Below the pieces are notes generated by a model. It ran no database searches, had not been told where the DNA came from, and worked only from the letters and a program-made list of their open reading frames with translations. Of a DNA stretch of 64,000 nucleotides, positions 12,731-26,086 are shown piece after piece. Made by a program: the position numbers and the translations under genes. The DNA comes from Podarcis filfolensis (lineage: Eukaryota). Where the stretch lies: NCBI GenBank assembly GCA_964270895.1, contig OZ185435.1; one strand, written 5' to 3'. Every line of letters begins with the position of its first letter. The stretch's first letter is position 1.

Positions 12731-15700
12731 GGGTTTGGCAAAAGGGCGAAATGATGAACGAACGCCATAAAGCCAAGGTTATTATTATTATTTAAAAGAA
12801 ATCTGATTTTATTTAACTTAAACGAAGTAACTCGTCGGTGTGCATTTACCAATTTTTATGTACATCTCTTACCCCAAATACAACTCCGAAGGGGGAGAGG
12901 AGGGGAATTCACGGTTTGGGGGGGCAACTGGCAAGGGATTCAACAAACGTCAAAATCCACAAAACGCGTGTCTTGCGCTGCGGTGCATCGCTGGGCAGAT
13001 CTCAATACATCGCGAGTGCAAAATAAATAGTTCCTCTTGAACCGGCCAAGTACCGACTCCGGTAAGAGAGAGTAAATAAATATTTCTAAATTCGGCCAAT
13101 AGTGCCCAATATATGAATAACGTTAGCGGAACCAATAATTCGTATGCATACAGCACTGTAGAGCGTACAAAATACTTCACGCACCTTATTTTGTGTTGGT
13201 GCTATCCATAAAACTGCCCTGCAAGGTAGATCAATATTATTATCCCAGTACAGTAACTGGATTTTTTCCCTCACCAGGGCAGTGTATGTATATTGGATAA
13301 AATATATTAAATAACATTACGATATCACTTAAAAGCACCATTAAAACACACAAAAATGCTATAATGCAGAAGGACGGAGGCAAAACCCGATGTAAACAGA
13401 TTCATCTGCTGAGAAATGTGGAATGAAGCTTCCTTTAGAGCCGACTCCATCTGCAGTTTATGCATCCTTGCCCAAAAATAAGGTTGCATTCCTATACTAA
13501 CTCACCTTGGAGTAAATCCCACGGAACTCAGTGGCTTTCTTCCACGTCAGTGGGTATAGGGCCGAAGCCTACAAAATCGGGTACCGCAGAGGGGAGCCTG
13601 AAAAAAAAAAAACAAAAACAAAAACAAAAAGCGTGATACTGTACATCAACATCATTATATGTCAAACGTATTTATGAATCGCCTTTCTGCCGCCAAGACA
13701 GTAATTACAAGCGCTGCAAGATTAAAAACCCACCAGTTTAAAGCAGAAGAAAACCAGAAAGAAGAATTAAAAAGCTAGGCGAAAGATGTAGGCCACCAGT
13801 TTGACCTCCCCAAGGGCGTCCAAGGCAGTCTCTTAGAAAAACAATGTTATTTTCGCCGCTTAAGACAGTGGGCTGGAAATAAATGTTGCCCATTTATTGA
13901 ATCTCGAGGTTGCAGATCAACGAAACACAGCGGATAGGGTTTCTCCTTTCTAAGAGAGAGCGAGAGAGAGCGCTTTTTCGAGAAATAAGATGGGAATAAA
14001 GTTTTGGGGTCTTGGGGACATATTTTCCCTCCACAAGGTAGTTTCGTTTGCTGTTGCCTGAACAATGGACTCCGCCCTTCGGTCTATTTGCAAAGTCAGT
14101 CTGCCACCAGTTGACAGCCTGCGTAATTTCTAAATAGCTTTGGGCACAATCACGATTTGAGGAGTTGATATCTGAAGTCCGGTTGATCTCAAGAGCGGTG
14201 GGGGCGGGAAGCAGGCGAGGTTTTAGGGGGAATCCGATGCACATTTACCCGAACGTAAACTTTACTGACCAGTCAACGACGCTTATTTCTGAGGAGCAGA
14301 AATTTGAGCAGGCGTGTTGTAGAGGATTGCAGTGTTAAGGTGAGGCAGTAGTCCCACGGCGATGGGTACGAAGTACTCTGCCTTAGAAGTGCTAAACAAC
14401 CATGCTCCTTGGGTTTATATCTAGGGCGCACGGGGTTGTACACAAGCATTTGCGTATATGTAACAGTGTGTATTAGCAAGCATACCCACTTTAAGTAAGA
14501 GAGCACATTAGAACCCTGACACGTGTTGGAAATCAACTACGGTTGTCTTGGTTTTTAAACGTTCGATTCCCTTTATAAGAGCGTGCACCCTTACAACATT
14601 ATAGAGGCTGATACGTGGTCGCCCTCTCCTAAAAGCAAAAAATGAATCGAACACACTTTTCCGCACCTGGAACTCAGAATTGTGAAGAGGAGGGTTAGCG
14701 CTTGGACAAAAGCTCTTTCCTCTTCCGGGTTTCATTTATCTGACTTCAAATGTGCTATAGCCTTCCAGATGTTGAATGGACTACACTTTCCCTTTTCTTT
14801 CTTGCTGGCTGGGGCTGATGGAATGCAACAACATCTGGAGGACCGGTTTCCTATCCCCTCTGATTCAGCTGTGGTCCTCCCCCCCCCAAAAAAAATTGCT
14901 GCTTAAGTTACATTTTATATTGGGCGACTGGTTTCCCCAGCAGCAAGTACGAAATACTTGAACTGTGCCTGATCAGGTTAAAACTGTCAGCGCTTTTCCT
15001 TGTGGCACCTTCAAGATTAGCAGGTTTTATTATGCCATATATTTTCTTGGGCTAAAATCCACTCAGCGTCTGATGAAGTGGGCTGTAGTCAATGAATGTT
15101 TGTGCTTGCGTTAGGGTGATAGCCAGCGTTAGTGATACTCCAGCAGCCACATTGAAATCAGTGGACTCCAGTGGCCCCTTGATCTCACTTAGTCTGCTCT
15201 GAGTATCACTAACCTTGGATATCACACTCAGTCTTCTAGAGGCTATAAGACCCTTTGTCGATTTTAACTGCCACATATTAACAGGGTTACCCTTCTGGAA
15301 ATGTTTCATCTTTTATCTGTAGCCTGGCCTACATATGCAGCAGAATAAAGTTTTTGTGGGTAGATGAGGAAAGTCATTTTTTAAAACATTCCCTAAGGAA
15401 AACAAAAAAAGCCCTTTGAAAGTAGAAAAAAAGCTAGCAGCTCAGGGAGAAAGGTTTTAGCCCAGCCACCTCTCTGCTGTTCTAGTTTTCTACTTGCAAA
15501 AGGGTGTGGTGGGTTTCTTGGGGGGGGGGGTTACACAGGGAAAGATTAAGAAATGTGATTTCCCTACCTGGCCTCTGAAATGGGTACCATTTATTCTACC
15601 ATCACCCAGTCTACCACCTCATTCTGTTGCAAGTGTAGAGGAGGCCTCTCTAGACTACAATAAAAAAGGAAAAGGATTAAGATCAGAAGTTATTTCAGAA

Positions 15701-17262
15701 CCATTTGTTCAGGACAGCAACATCAATAGAGGACATGCATGTGTGAAACTGCTAGCACTGGTCAAATGCTGAACAATATTTTATGTCACTTTATAATAGC
15801 ACTCAAACCAGTCACTTGTCAGTGTTTAAGCTGACACATATGGCTGTGTGAATCAGCTCTTCTTGTCTTGGAAGAAGTAAAGTTAAAAATTATATCATTA
15901 GTAGTGTGAGATTCCATAATTGTACACATACAGAAGGTTGGTTCAGATATTTTATTTATTTAATTAGTTATATGAACTATGTCTATGTTCACTATGCATA
16001 TTGTAATGTAACCTATCTGACTATCTAGAAACACAGAGAGCATTGATTTTGTTTTTCATTTTCTGACCTCCATTCCTTCAAATTAGTTCAGACAAAGCAA
16101 CTTCTCAGGTTTACCTGTAGTAAATAAATGTATCAGTTGTATATTTTTTATACAATTTTTGCTTAAAAACAAAACAAAAATATTTAGCAGGAAGCAACAC
16201 AATAGGTGTGCCATGCTGTGTAAACGATAATACTCTATGGCGCTTTGTTTGTATCTAATTGGTCACAACAGTCAAATGAGTGTAAGGCTGTGATCTTCAC
16301 TGCAAACTAACTTAGGGTATTAAATCCTAGGGTGCTTCTGGATGGGGGCTTAATATTGCAAACAGCTCATTCAGATACGGTAAATGGGGTGGGGTGGGCT
16401 TTTTTTAAATATCAGATTTTCCAATCCAGATTAAATAGGGGGAAATACGAACTGGTGTTTTTATGCCAATGATGTCATGTGGAAGCTGTGAAAACCTGCA
16501 CACATAGAGGTAATGATTCTGCAATATACACCCACCTAAAAGCACTGCATCTCATATAGAATGGATTCACTTCCTAGTAAAGGTCTATAGAGAAGAAAGA
16601 GAATATGGATACATTTTTTTTAATGAGGTAGGTTTTGGAGTGACTGGGAAAATGCAAAGGATCCAGCTCTGAAGAGTTCAAAGCAGTCAACAGTGTGAGC
16701 TATTTGGCTTTCTTAACAGACACAGAGGAATAAGAGTATTATTATATATTTGAGGGTGGGACAGTGGTTATGGGAAAGGGATTAAAATATTGTTGTGAGT
16801 TTGGGGGAAGGGGTTAGGCTATATAATGCCTAAGTCCCTTCAAATTCCTGGATCCAGCAAGGGTTAAAATCTAATGGAGGATTCTATTGCTGAATTACCA
16901 GTAGCCAGGCAAGGGCCATAGTTATCACCTAAGTATGGTCCTTAGTCTGACAAAGAAAGCTGTTCTGTGCCAGAGGGTAAATGGGTGGGCTAGAAGCAGG
17001 CTGCAGGCAGAAGCCAGGGAGTGAGAGCCATGCTTGATTCCAAGACTGTGTCTATGAAAGAAGCAAGACCACTTGGAGTGTTAATGCTGTAAGCTCCTTC
17101 ATCTTGAGCTCTGGTTGTATATATGTGTAAATAAGGATACCACAGTCTCCATTGTCCCTCATTCCAAGGAAACGGGACCCTGGGTAAGTTCCTGGAACCC
17201 CTGAAATCTTGCACCTCTTTGAGATTGGGGTGGCATGCAACAATATATTTTGAGCTCTTCTA

Positions 17263-18287
17263 GTGGGAGCCTTAGGTCATAGAAACTTATTGGTTAGATG
17301 TCTGGAAGCTGTGGCTGGATGGTTACGTGGGAGCCGGTTGAAGTTAAATCCTTCGAAGACAGAGGTCCTCTGGCTGGGACGGGACGATATGGGATTGAGG
17401 GGGCAACTCCCATCTCTTGCGGGGGTGCAATTAGTGCCAGCACCGTCCGTTAAGAGTTTGGGTGTAATCTTCGATACCTCCCTCTCTATGGAGACACAGA
17501 TTACAGCTATAACAAAGGCGGCATTTTTTCATCTCCGCCAAGCTAAGCAGTTGGCCCCTTATCTCTCTCGCCCTGACCTAGCCACTGTGATCCATGCGAC
17601 GGTCACCTCCAGACTGGATTATTGTAACTCGCTCTATGTGGGGCTGCCCTTGAGACTGACCCAGAAACTCCAGCGGGTGCAGAATGCCGCGGCGAGACTC
17701 CTTATGGGGTCTTCGCTGCGAGACCACATTCATCCGGTACTATACCAGCTGCACTGGCTCCCGGTGGAGTACAGGATCAGGTTTAAGGTGCTGGTTTTAA
17801 CCTTTAAAGCCCTATACGGCCTAGGACCCTCGTACCTATGGGACCGCCTCTCCTGGTATGCCCCACAGAGAAACCTACGGTCTGCAAATAAAAACATCCT
17901 GAAGGTCCCAGGCCTCAGAGAGGTTAGGCTGGCCTCAACTAGAGCCAGGGCCTTCTCGGCTGCGGCTCCAATCTGGTGGAACGCTCTGTCACAAGAGACT
18001 AGGGCCCTGCAGGACCTGACATCTTTCCGCAGGGCCTGCAAGACAGAGTTGTTCCACCAGGCCTTTGGTCAGGGCGCAGCCTGACTCCCTCCTCTGGCAA
18101 CCTGCACAGAATTTTGCTTAATGGTTGCCATCAACTTGATTTTAATTAATTTTTATAATGAAATATTTTTAGAATGTTGGATTATTTGATTGTTTGATTA
18201 TTTGATTGTTGTTAGCTGCCCTGAGCCCGGCTTCAGCTGGGGAGGGTGGGATATAAATAAAATTTATTATTAGTAGTAGTAGTAGTA
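17263..18287 (+). mobile_element. 5'-truncated young L2 LINE (ORF2 C-terminus, 3'UTR, tail) in FEV intron 2
   Basis: Uninterrupted 273-codon frame with L2 signatures SRLDYCNSLY, KLQRVQNAAARLL, HIHPVLYQLHWLPV; 3' end GCTGCCCTGAGC...ATAAATAAAA plus (TAG)n. The frame opens at GTG at the truncation point and is not a gene. Confidence 0.92.
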
Positions 18288-19401
18288 ATTATGGGTAGGG
18301 GGAAAATAGGAAAAGAGTTGACACTTCATATTTTGGCTCAGCCAGGAGTCTGATGTACCTTTTGTTTACCTTTAAATGTCCAAATGATAACGAAGAATGG
18401 CAAGGATTTACAGCGAAAGGAACACAGCAGTCAGTGGGTGGACTTCAACATAGCATTAAGTTGGGTATGCAGGAGCAAAACGATGTTTGCCTTCCCTTCC
18501 CCTATTCTATTCTCTCCTCCCCTCCTTTCATGCCTCCCCCTAAGCCTGTTCTGAAGGTTCCCCCAACCCTTTTGTTGCTTGTATTTCCTTTTGTTGTTAC
18601 CTTTACTTGTGTTTTAATCTGGAAGTTGCTTTCCAGGCCACTGGGGATAGAAATCTTTTGGGAAAGTGTTATGTTAGACTTGGGCCCCAAATATCTGAAA
18701 CAACACCTTCCCTGTACAGCAACCCTGGAATTAAGATAAAAGAAGGAGGGCCTTCTGGTGGTTTTGTTGCTCTCAGTAGTTGTGAGTGGGTTGAGCTCAT
18801 GACAGAGCCTTTTTGGTGATGGCCCCAAGAGATGCATTTGACACCACTTCTCTACAGCTTCCATTGACCACTGAAGACACATCTCTTTACCCTGGCCTTT
18901 GAAATTGGAAGTTTTGATGTTGGTGTCTTTTAACTGGAAGGATTATTGATGTTGAGCTTTATTGGGGGTGTTGTTTAGTTTTGACTGTTTTAATATGCTG
19001 TAATCTGCCCTGAGCGTTCTGGTGAAGGGCAGCTAAGATAGAACATTATCATTGTTTACTTATTTAGACGGTCCCGGTAGAGAGGGATCTAGTGGCTAGT
19101 TGGTGTCTTCAGCATGTGTTTGGCATAACATTTAGTCTGGCCCTCAGAATTGGCCTGGACAAGCCAAACATAATGCCCTCCTGATGTGGCTGGACTCCAG
19201 TTCCTGTCAGCCCCAGTCCACCTGCCCATGGCCAAGAGTCAAAGATCATGGGAGCTTTATTCTAACAACTTCTGTAGCAGCAATCCTGGGCTACAAGAAT
19301 GTATGGGTCAGCATAAAGGCAGTGTCCTATGTTCATGTGAGGGTGGCAGGTCTGCCCCTTCAAGATGGGCCTTTCTCACTGCCCCTCTTTTGGCTTTTCA
19401 G

Positions 19402-19904
19402 GCAGTGGGCAGATCCAGTTGTGGCAATTTCTGCTGGAGCTGCTTTCTGATCGTGCCAATCTCAACTGCATCGCTTGGGAGGGCACCAATGGAGAGTTCA
19501 AACTCCTGGATCCCGACGAGGTGGCCCGGCGCTGGGGGGAGCGCAAGAGCAAGCCCAACATGAACTATGACAAGCTGAGCCGGGCCCTGCGCTACTACTA
19601 TGACAAGAACATCATGACCAAGGTCCACGGCAAACGCTACGCCTACAAGTTTGACTTCCAGGGCCTGGCCCAAGTCTGCCAGCCAGCAACACCCGACCAT
19701 ACCCTCTACAAATTCCAGGCACCCCTGCCCTTCTCTGGCATTTCCAAACTCAACATCATGGCCTCGGGGGTGACTCCAACCAGCTTCTCCTATTGGCCAG
19801 GCTCTACCCCCACTCTGTACCCCAGCCACGGCTTGCAGCCTTCAGCGCCCTTCAGTGCCATGGCAACCTCCCATATCAACAACATGAACAGCCACTACCA
19901 CTAG
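19402..19904 (+). CDS. FEV: FEV coding exon 3: ETS DNA-binding domain and C-terminus
   Basis: Acceptor TTTTCAG at 19401; [17 protein letters not shown]...[29 protein letters not shown] is the ERG/FLI/FEV-type ETS domain; ends ...SHYH*. Spliced CDS 49+75+503=627 nt = 208 aa plus stop, in frame. Confidence 0.96.
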
Positions 19905-22337
19905 GCCTCTCACCACTGCAGGGCAAGGGGGAGGGATGGGGAGAGAAGGGACGGCCCTCAGATTTCATCCTAAGACACTTCCCATTTTGACCAAGGAGGC
20001 AACTGTGTGCAGCAGGGAGGGACACTGTATTGAGATGACATTTTAAGATGGGCTGGATCTCAGCAAAGGCGTTGGATGATCTAGGGGGCATTTTGTGGGG
20101 GGTGAGCTCCCTCCCCATTGAATACAGGGCCCTTCATTTTGTAGAGAACATTTCAGCAATGCTCCCAATTTCTCTCTTTCTTTTTTTCCAACCCCTCTCC
20201 CACTATATTGAAATGGCTTCAGAACACTCTTGTATGTTTTGAAGTCTGGTCATGGACAGGCGTAAAGACCAGCAAGGGCTCAGCTCAGCAACACACATAC
20301 AGTCACATATCCTGAGAGGTTGATGATGGAGGTGAGATAGACTTTCAGGTCAAAGTTAGGCATCCTTGTGAGGTGGGGAAATGCTTCTCCTCCTTTTAAA
20401 ATCCTGCTGGACACGAAGCCCATTCCCTTAGCTTCAGTGTCTTCATCTTCCCTGGATTAGATACATGGACAGGAATCCCATCCTATCAGGAATCCTGTAC
20501 TGAACAGGAATACATTACATAGCTGCCATCAGATTTAGCTGGCTGATAATGCCAACTGAGGGCAGTTGAAATGGACGAATGGACATTTTCACAAAGGGGG
20601 AGGGATTTCTTTTCTTATTCTTTGCTATTACCCGAAGTGCTGACAAAACCAAGTTTTGGCTCATCCCTATTCAAAATGCAGTTCTGCAGATACTTCCTCA
20701 ACCCACAGGAATTAATATTAAAGCAGGAGGACACAAATATTTGAAAAGATGCGGCATGGTGTTCCCCAAGCTCCAAGAATTTAAATGTATCTGCCTGAGC
20801 CTGAGGTCTCTGATCTCACAAACTAGTCTAGGCATCAAATACCCCTCTATGAGCCCCAGCCTAATTCTCAGCCCAGCTGGGCTTCTTCTTTGCCCCCAAA
20901 CCAAATCCCTTAATGCTGAACACACACAAGAGTTGCTGCTTCCATGTAGGCAGCACCAAAATACAAGTGTGGTAAAAGTTGTCAATGTATAAAGTTTCAT
21001 TTTTTAAAAATAGCGAGGCAATATAATGGAAATGAAATATTTAATGAAATTCATTCTTTGCCCACTCTAAGTAACTATCAATATCATTATCATCATCATT
21101 ATTATTAAATGTATTTATATCCCACCTTTCTCCCAAGTTGGGATTCAAGGTGGCTTCCAACATCTAAGAACATCATTATATAATACAAGTAATATAAACT
21201 AGTTAAAAACAATACTTAAAACACACTTAGAGCAGCAGTTAAAATAGGGAACTACCATGTATAACATCAGGATCTGTTGCTTTGAACACACTGTAGAGTT
21301 TGGGGGTGGGAGCTGTGGCCAAACACATATTTTTTATTTATTTATTACATTTGTATACCACCCTAGACCTACAGATCTCAGAGCGGTATACAAATTTAAT
21401 AAACAAATTTATCAGTACAGCTGTGTCGTCTCACACAATCTCGCACCCAAACTACCCAAGAGAGACACTAAATGGTTACCATTATCAACAGGGCACACAT
21501 GAAACTTAAAGAGGCATGTGCTTTAAAAAGTCGAAGCTACATTGGCCAGAAAGTTCATTTGCATTTACAAATGCCTTTCCTCTGTTTTCCATGTGGAAGG
21601 CTCAAATAGTGACATGAGCCTCATGTGTTATTGGCATTTTGACCTCTGAACCCTAAAAGTTATATTGATGACTCCTGTTCAGCATGGAAATGCACTTCAA
21701 ATGGCATACAGAGATTCTTTTATTTCAATAAGTTATATACCATTTAATTGCATAATTTCTAAGCAGTGTACAAGAGGGATATGACGGACACCAGAAAACC
21801 TGCCGGAAAAACTGAGATGGTAGCTAAAGTCAAGAAAATAGCAATTGTCCTGGAAAACAGACTGCTTCTGCCCCTTCCTTTGCTTTCATGATTTCATCCC
21901 CTTTTGTCCCATTCTCAGGTTGATGGACATCATTTCAGGTTTCTGTGTTTGTGTGTGTGACAATGTTCAAAGACCTACTCTTAAATATATTCATGGTAAA
22001 ATGCAAAAAGAGGGGGGAAAGGAAAAGTGTACTTTAATAGCACTTGTTCTGGTTCCTTTCTGGGGGTTCTTGATTTTAAAAAATGAGAAGACGACACAAG
22101 ACATACGGGTGCTCCTGAGGAAAAGTTCCACCGAAAATGAAGCACAGGGGCAGAAAAGCATGCATAGTGCCCTGCACAAGAGGCAACTTGATGGGGTCCT
22201 GTTCCAGCCTCGAGGCTTTGCCTATATATGGTAGGGGAAATGTAAACCCTCTTTGAAAATCCCAGGAGAAATGCACAATAGAAATGCAAGCTATTTCATT
22301 CATCCAGGGGGAGCTATGTACACCCAGAAGCCTAGAG

Positions 22338-22478
22338 CAGGGGTAGGGAACCTACAGCCCTCCAGATGTTGTAGGAATACAACTTCTCCCACCATCCCTG
22401 GCTATTGGCCATGCTGGCTGAGGCCAATAAGACTTGAGGTCCAGCAACAACTGAAAGGCCACAGGTTGCCCACTCCTG
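22338..22478. mobile_element. Palindromic hAT MITE (also duplicated near 28532-28672)
   Basis: CAGGGGTAGGGAACC...GGTTGCCCACTCCTG; degenerate TSD GCCTAGAG / GTCTAAAG. Confidence 0.7.
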
Positions 22479-22550
22479 GTCTAAAGGAACCTCTTACCTA
22501 GCTGGAAACATGACAGGAACCTAGTACCAACCTCAGATTTTGGGGGGTGG

Positions 22551-22750
22551 NNNNNNNNNNNNNNNNNNNNNNNNNNNNNNNNNNNNNNNNNNNNNNNNNN
22601 NNNNNNNNNNNNNNNNNNNNNNNNNNNNNNNNNNNNNNNNNNNNNNNNNNNNNNNNNNNNNNNNNNNNNNNNNNNNNNNNNNNNNNNNNNNNNNNNNNNN
22701 NNNNNNNNNNNNNNNNNNNNNNNNNNNNNNNNNNNNNNNNNNNNNNNNNN
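22551..22750. other. Assembly gap (200 N)
   Basis: Run of exactly 200 N, a fixed-size scaffolding gap. Confidence 1.
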
Positions 22751-23444
22751 ACTTCCTAGTAAAGGTCTATAGAGAAGAAAGAGAATATGGATACATTTTT
22801 TTTAATGAGGTAGGTTTTGGAGTGACTGGGAAAATGCAAAGGATCCAGCTCTGAAGAGTTCAAAGCAGTCAACAGTGTGAGCTATTTGGCTTTCTTAACA
22901 GACACAGAGGAATAAGAGTATTATTATATATTTGAGGGTGGGACAGTGGTTATGGGAAAGGGATTAAAATATTGTTGTGAGTTTGGGGGAAGGGGTTAGG
23001 CTATATAATGCCTAAGTCCCTTCAAATTCCTGGATCCAGCAAGGGTTAAAATCTAATGGAGGATTCTATTGCTGAATTACCAGTAGCCAGGCAAGGGCCA
23101 TAGTTATCACCTAAGTATGGTCCTTAGTCTGACAAAGAAAGCTGTTCTGTGCCAGAGGGTAAATGGGTGGGCTAGAAGCAGGCTGCAGGCAGAAGCCAGG
23201 GAGTGAGAGCCATGCTTGATTCCAAGACTGTGTCTATGAAAGAAGCAAGACCACTTGGAGTGTTAATGCTGTAAGCTCCTTCATCTTGAGCTCTGGTTGT
23301 ATATATGTGTAAATAAGGATACCACAGTCTCCATTGTCCCTCATTCCAAGGAAACGGGACCCTGGGTAAGTTCCTGGAACCCCTGAAATCTTGCACCTCT
23401 TTGAGATTGGGGTGGCATGCAACAATATATTTTGAGCTCTTCTA

Positions 23445-24469
23445 GTGGGAGCCTTAGGTCATAGAAACTTATTGGTTAGATGTCTGGAAGCTGTGGCTGG
23501 ATGGTTACGTGGGAGCCGGTTGAAGTTAAATCCTTCGAAGACAGAGGTCCTCTGGCTGGGACGGGACGATATGGGATTGAGGGGGCAACTCCCATCTCTT
23601 GCGGGGGTGCAATTAGTGCCAGCACCGTCCGTTAAGAGTTTGGGTGTAATCTTCGATACCTCCCTCTCTATGGAGACACAGATTACAGCTATAACAAAGG
23701 CGGCATTTTTTCATCTCCGCCAAGCTAAGCAGTTGGCCCCTTATCTCTCTCGCCCTGACCTAGCCACTGTGATCCATGCGACGGTCACCTCCAGACTGGA
23801 TTATTGTAACTCGCTCTATGTGGGGCTGCCCTTGAGACTGACCCAGAAACTCCAGCGGGTGCAGAATGCCGCGGCGAGACTCCTTATGGGGTCTTCGCTG
23901 CGAGACCACATTCATCCGGTACTATACCAGCTGCACTGGCTCCCGGTGGAGTACAGGATCAGGTTTAAGGTGCTGGTTTTAACCTTTAAAGCCCTATACG
24001 GCCTAGGACCCTCGTACCTATGGGACCGCCTCTCCTGGTATGCCCCACAGAGAAACCTACGGTCTGCAAATAAAAACATCCTGAAGGTCCCAGGCCTCAG
24101 AGAGGTTAGGCTGGCCTCAACTAGAGCCAGGGCCTTCTCGGCTGCGGCTCCAATCTGGTGGAACGCTCTGTCACAAGAGACTAGGGCCCTGCAGGACCTG
24201 ACATCTTTCCGCAGGGCCTGCAAGACAGAGTTGTTCCACCAGGCCTTTGGTCAGGGCGCAGCCTGACTCCCTCCTCTGGCAACCTGCACAGAATTTTGCT
24301 TAATGGTTGCCATCAACTTGATTTTAATTAATTTTTATAATGAAATATTTTTAGAATGTTGGATTATTTGATTGTTTGATTATTTGATTGTTGTTAGCTG
24401 CCCTGAGCCCGGCTTCAGCTGGGGAGGGTGGGATATAAATAAAATTTATTATTAGTAGTAGTAGTAGTA
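23445..24469 (+). mobile_element. Duplicate copy of the same L2 fragment
   Basis: Same as 17263-18287 at offset +6182. Confidence 0.9.
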
Positions 24470-25583
24470 ATTATGGGTAGGGGGAAAATAGGAAAAGAGT
24501 TGACACTTCATATTTTGGCTCAGCCAGGAGTCTGATGTACCTTTTGTTTACCTTTAAATGTCCAAATGATAACGAAGAATGGCAAGGATTTACAGCGAAA
24601 GGAACACAGCAGTCAGTGGGTGGACTTCAACATAGCATTAAGTTGGGTATGCAGGAGCAAAACGATGTTTGCCTTCCCTTCCCCTATTCTATTCTCTCCT
24701 CCCCTCCTTTCATGCCTCCCCCTAAGCCTGTTCTGAAGGTTCCCCCAACCCTTTTGTTGCTTGTATTTCCTTTTGTTGTTACCTTTACTTGTGTTTTAAT
24801 CTGGAAGTTGCTTTCCAGGCCACTGGGGATAGAAATCTTTTGGGAAAGTGTTATGTTAGACTTGGGCCCCAAATATCTGAAACAACACCTTCCCTGTACA
24901 GCAACCCTGGAATTAAGATAAAAGAAGGAGGGCCTTCTGGTGGTTTTGTTGCTCTCAGTAGTTGTGAGTGGGTTGAGCTCATGACAGAGCCTTTTTGGTG
25001 ATGGCCCCAAGAGATGCATTTGACACCACTTCTCTACAGCTTCCATTGACCACTGAAGACACATCTCTTTACCCTGGCCTTTGAAATTGGAAGTTTTGAT
25101 GTTGGTGTCTTTTAACTGGAAGGATTATTGATGTTGAGCTTTATTGGGGGTGTTGTTTAGTTTTGACTGTTTTAATATGCTGTAATCTGCCCTGAGCGTT
25201 CTGGTGAAGGGCAGCTAAGATAGAACATTATCATTGTTTACTTATTTAGACGGTCCCGGTAGAGAGGGATCTAGTGGCTAGTTGGTGTCTTCAGCATGTG
25301 TTTGGCATAACATTTAGTCTGGCCCTCAGAATTGGCCTGGACAAGCCAAACATAATGCCCTCCTGATGTGGCTGGACTCCAGTTCCTGTCAGCCCCAGTC
25401 CACCTGCCCATGGCCAAGAGTCAAAGATCATGGGAGCTTTATTCTAACAACTTCTGTAGCAGCAATCCTGGGCTACAAGAATGTATGGGTCAGCATAAAG
25501 GCAGTGTCCTATGTTCATGTGAGGGTGGCAGGTCTGCCCCTTCAAGATGGGCCTTTCTCACTGCCCCTCTTTTGGCTTTTCAG

Positions 25584-26086
25584 GCAGTGGGCAGATCCAG
25601 TTGTGGCAATTTCTGCTGGAGCTGCTTTCTGATCGTGCCAATCTCAACTGCATCGCTTGGGAGGGCACCAATGGAGAGTTCAAACTCCTGGATCCCGACG
25701 AGGTGGCCCGGCGCTGGGGGGAGCGCAAGAGCAAGCCCAACATGAACTATGACAAGCTGAGCCGGGCCCTGCGCTACTACTATGACAAGAACATCATGAC
25801 CAAGGTCCACGGCAAACGCTACGCCTACAAGTTTGACTTCCAGGGCCTGGCCCAAGTCTGCCAGCCAGCAACACCCGACCATACCCTCTACAAATTCCAG
25901 GCACCCCTGCCCTTCTCTGGCATTTCCAAACTCAACATCATGGCCTCGGGGGTGACTCCAACCAGCTTCTCCTATTGGCCAGGCTCTACCCCCACTCTGT
26001 ACCCCAGCCACGGCTTGCAGCCTTCAGCGCCCTTCAGTGCCATGGCAACCTCCCATATCAACAACATGAACAGCCACTACCACTAG
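25584..26086 (+). other. FEV: Second identical copy of FEV exon 3 (probable assembly false duplication)
   Basis: Same sequence as 19402-19904 at offset +6182, inside the repeated block after the N gap. Confidence 0.85.

Larger units (their letters stand above)
16569..22550 (+). repeat. Copy A of ~6 kb direct duplication
   Basis: Begins ACTTCCTAGTAAAGG and ends at the N gap; duplicated ORFs in the track are offset by 6182. Confidence 0.95.

Noticed and set aside
17263-18084. 273-aa ORF as a host gene
   Set aside because: It is the truncated ORF2 end of an L2 LINE, opening at GTG at the truncation point.
25547-26086. A second FEV paralog
   Set aside because: Identical to exon 3, lacks exons 1-2, and lies in a block repeated across an assembly gap.
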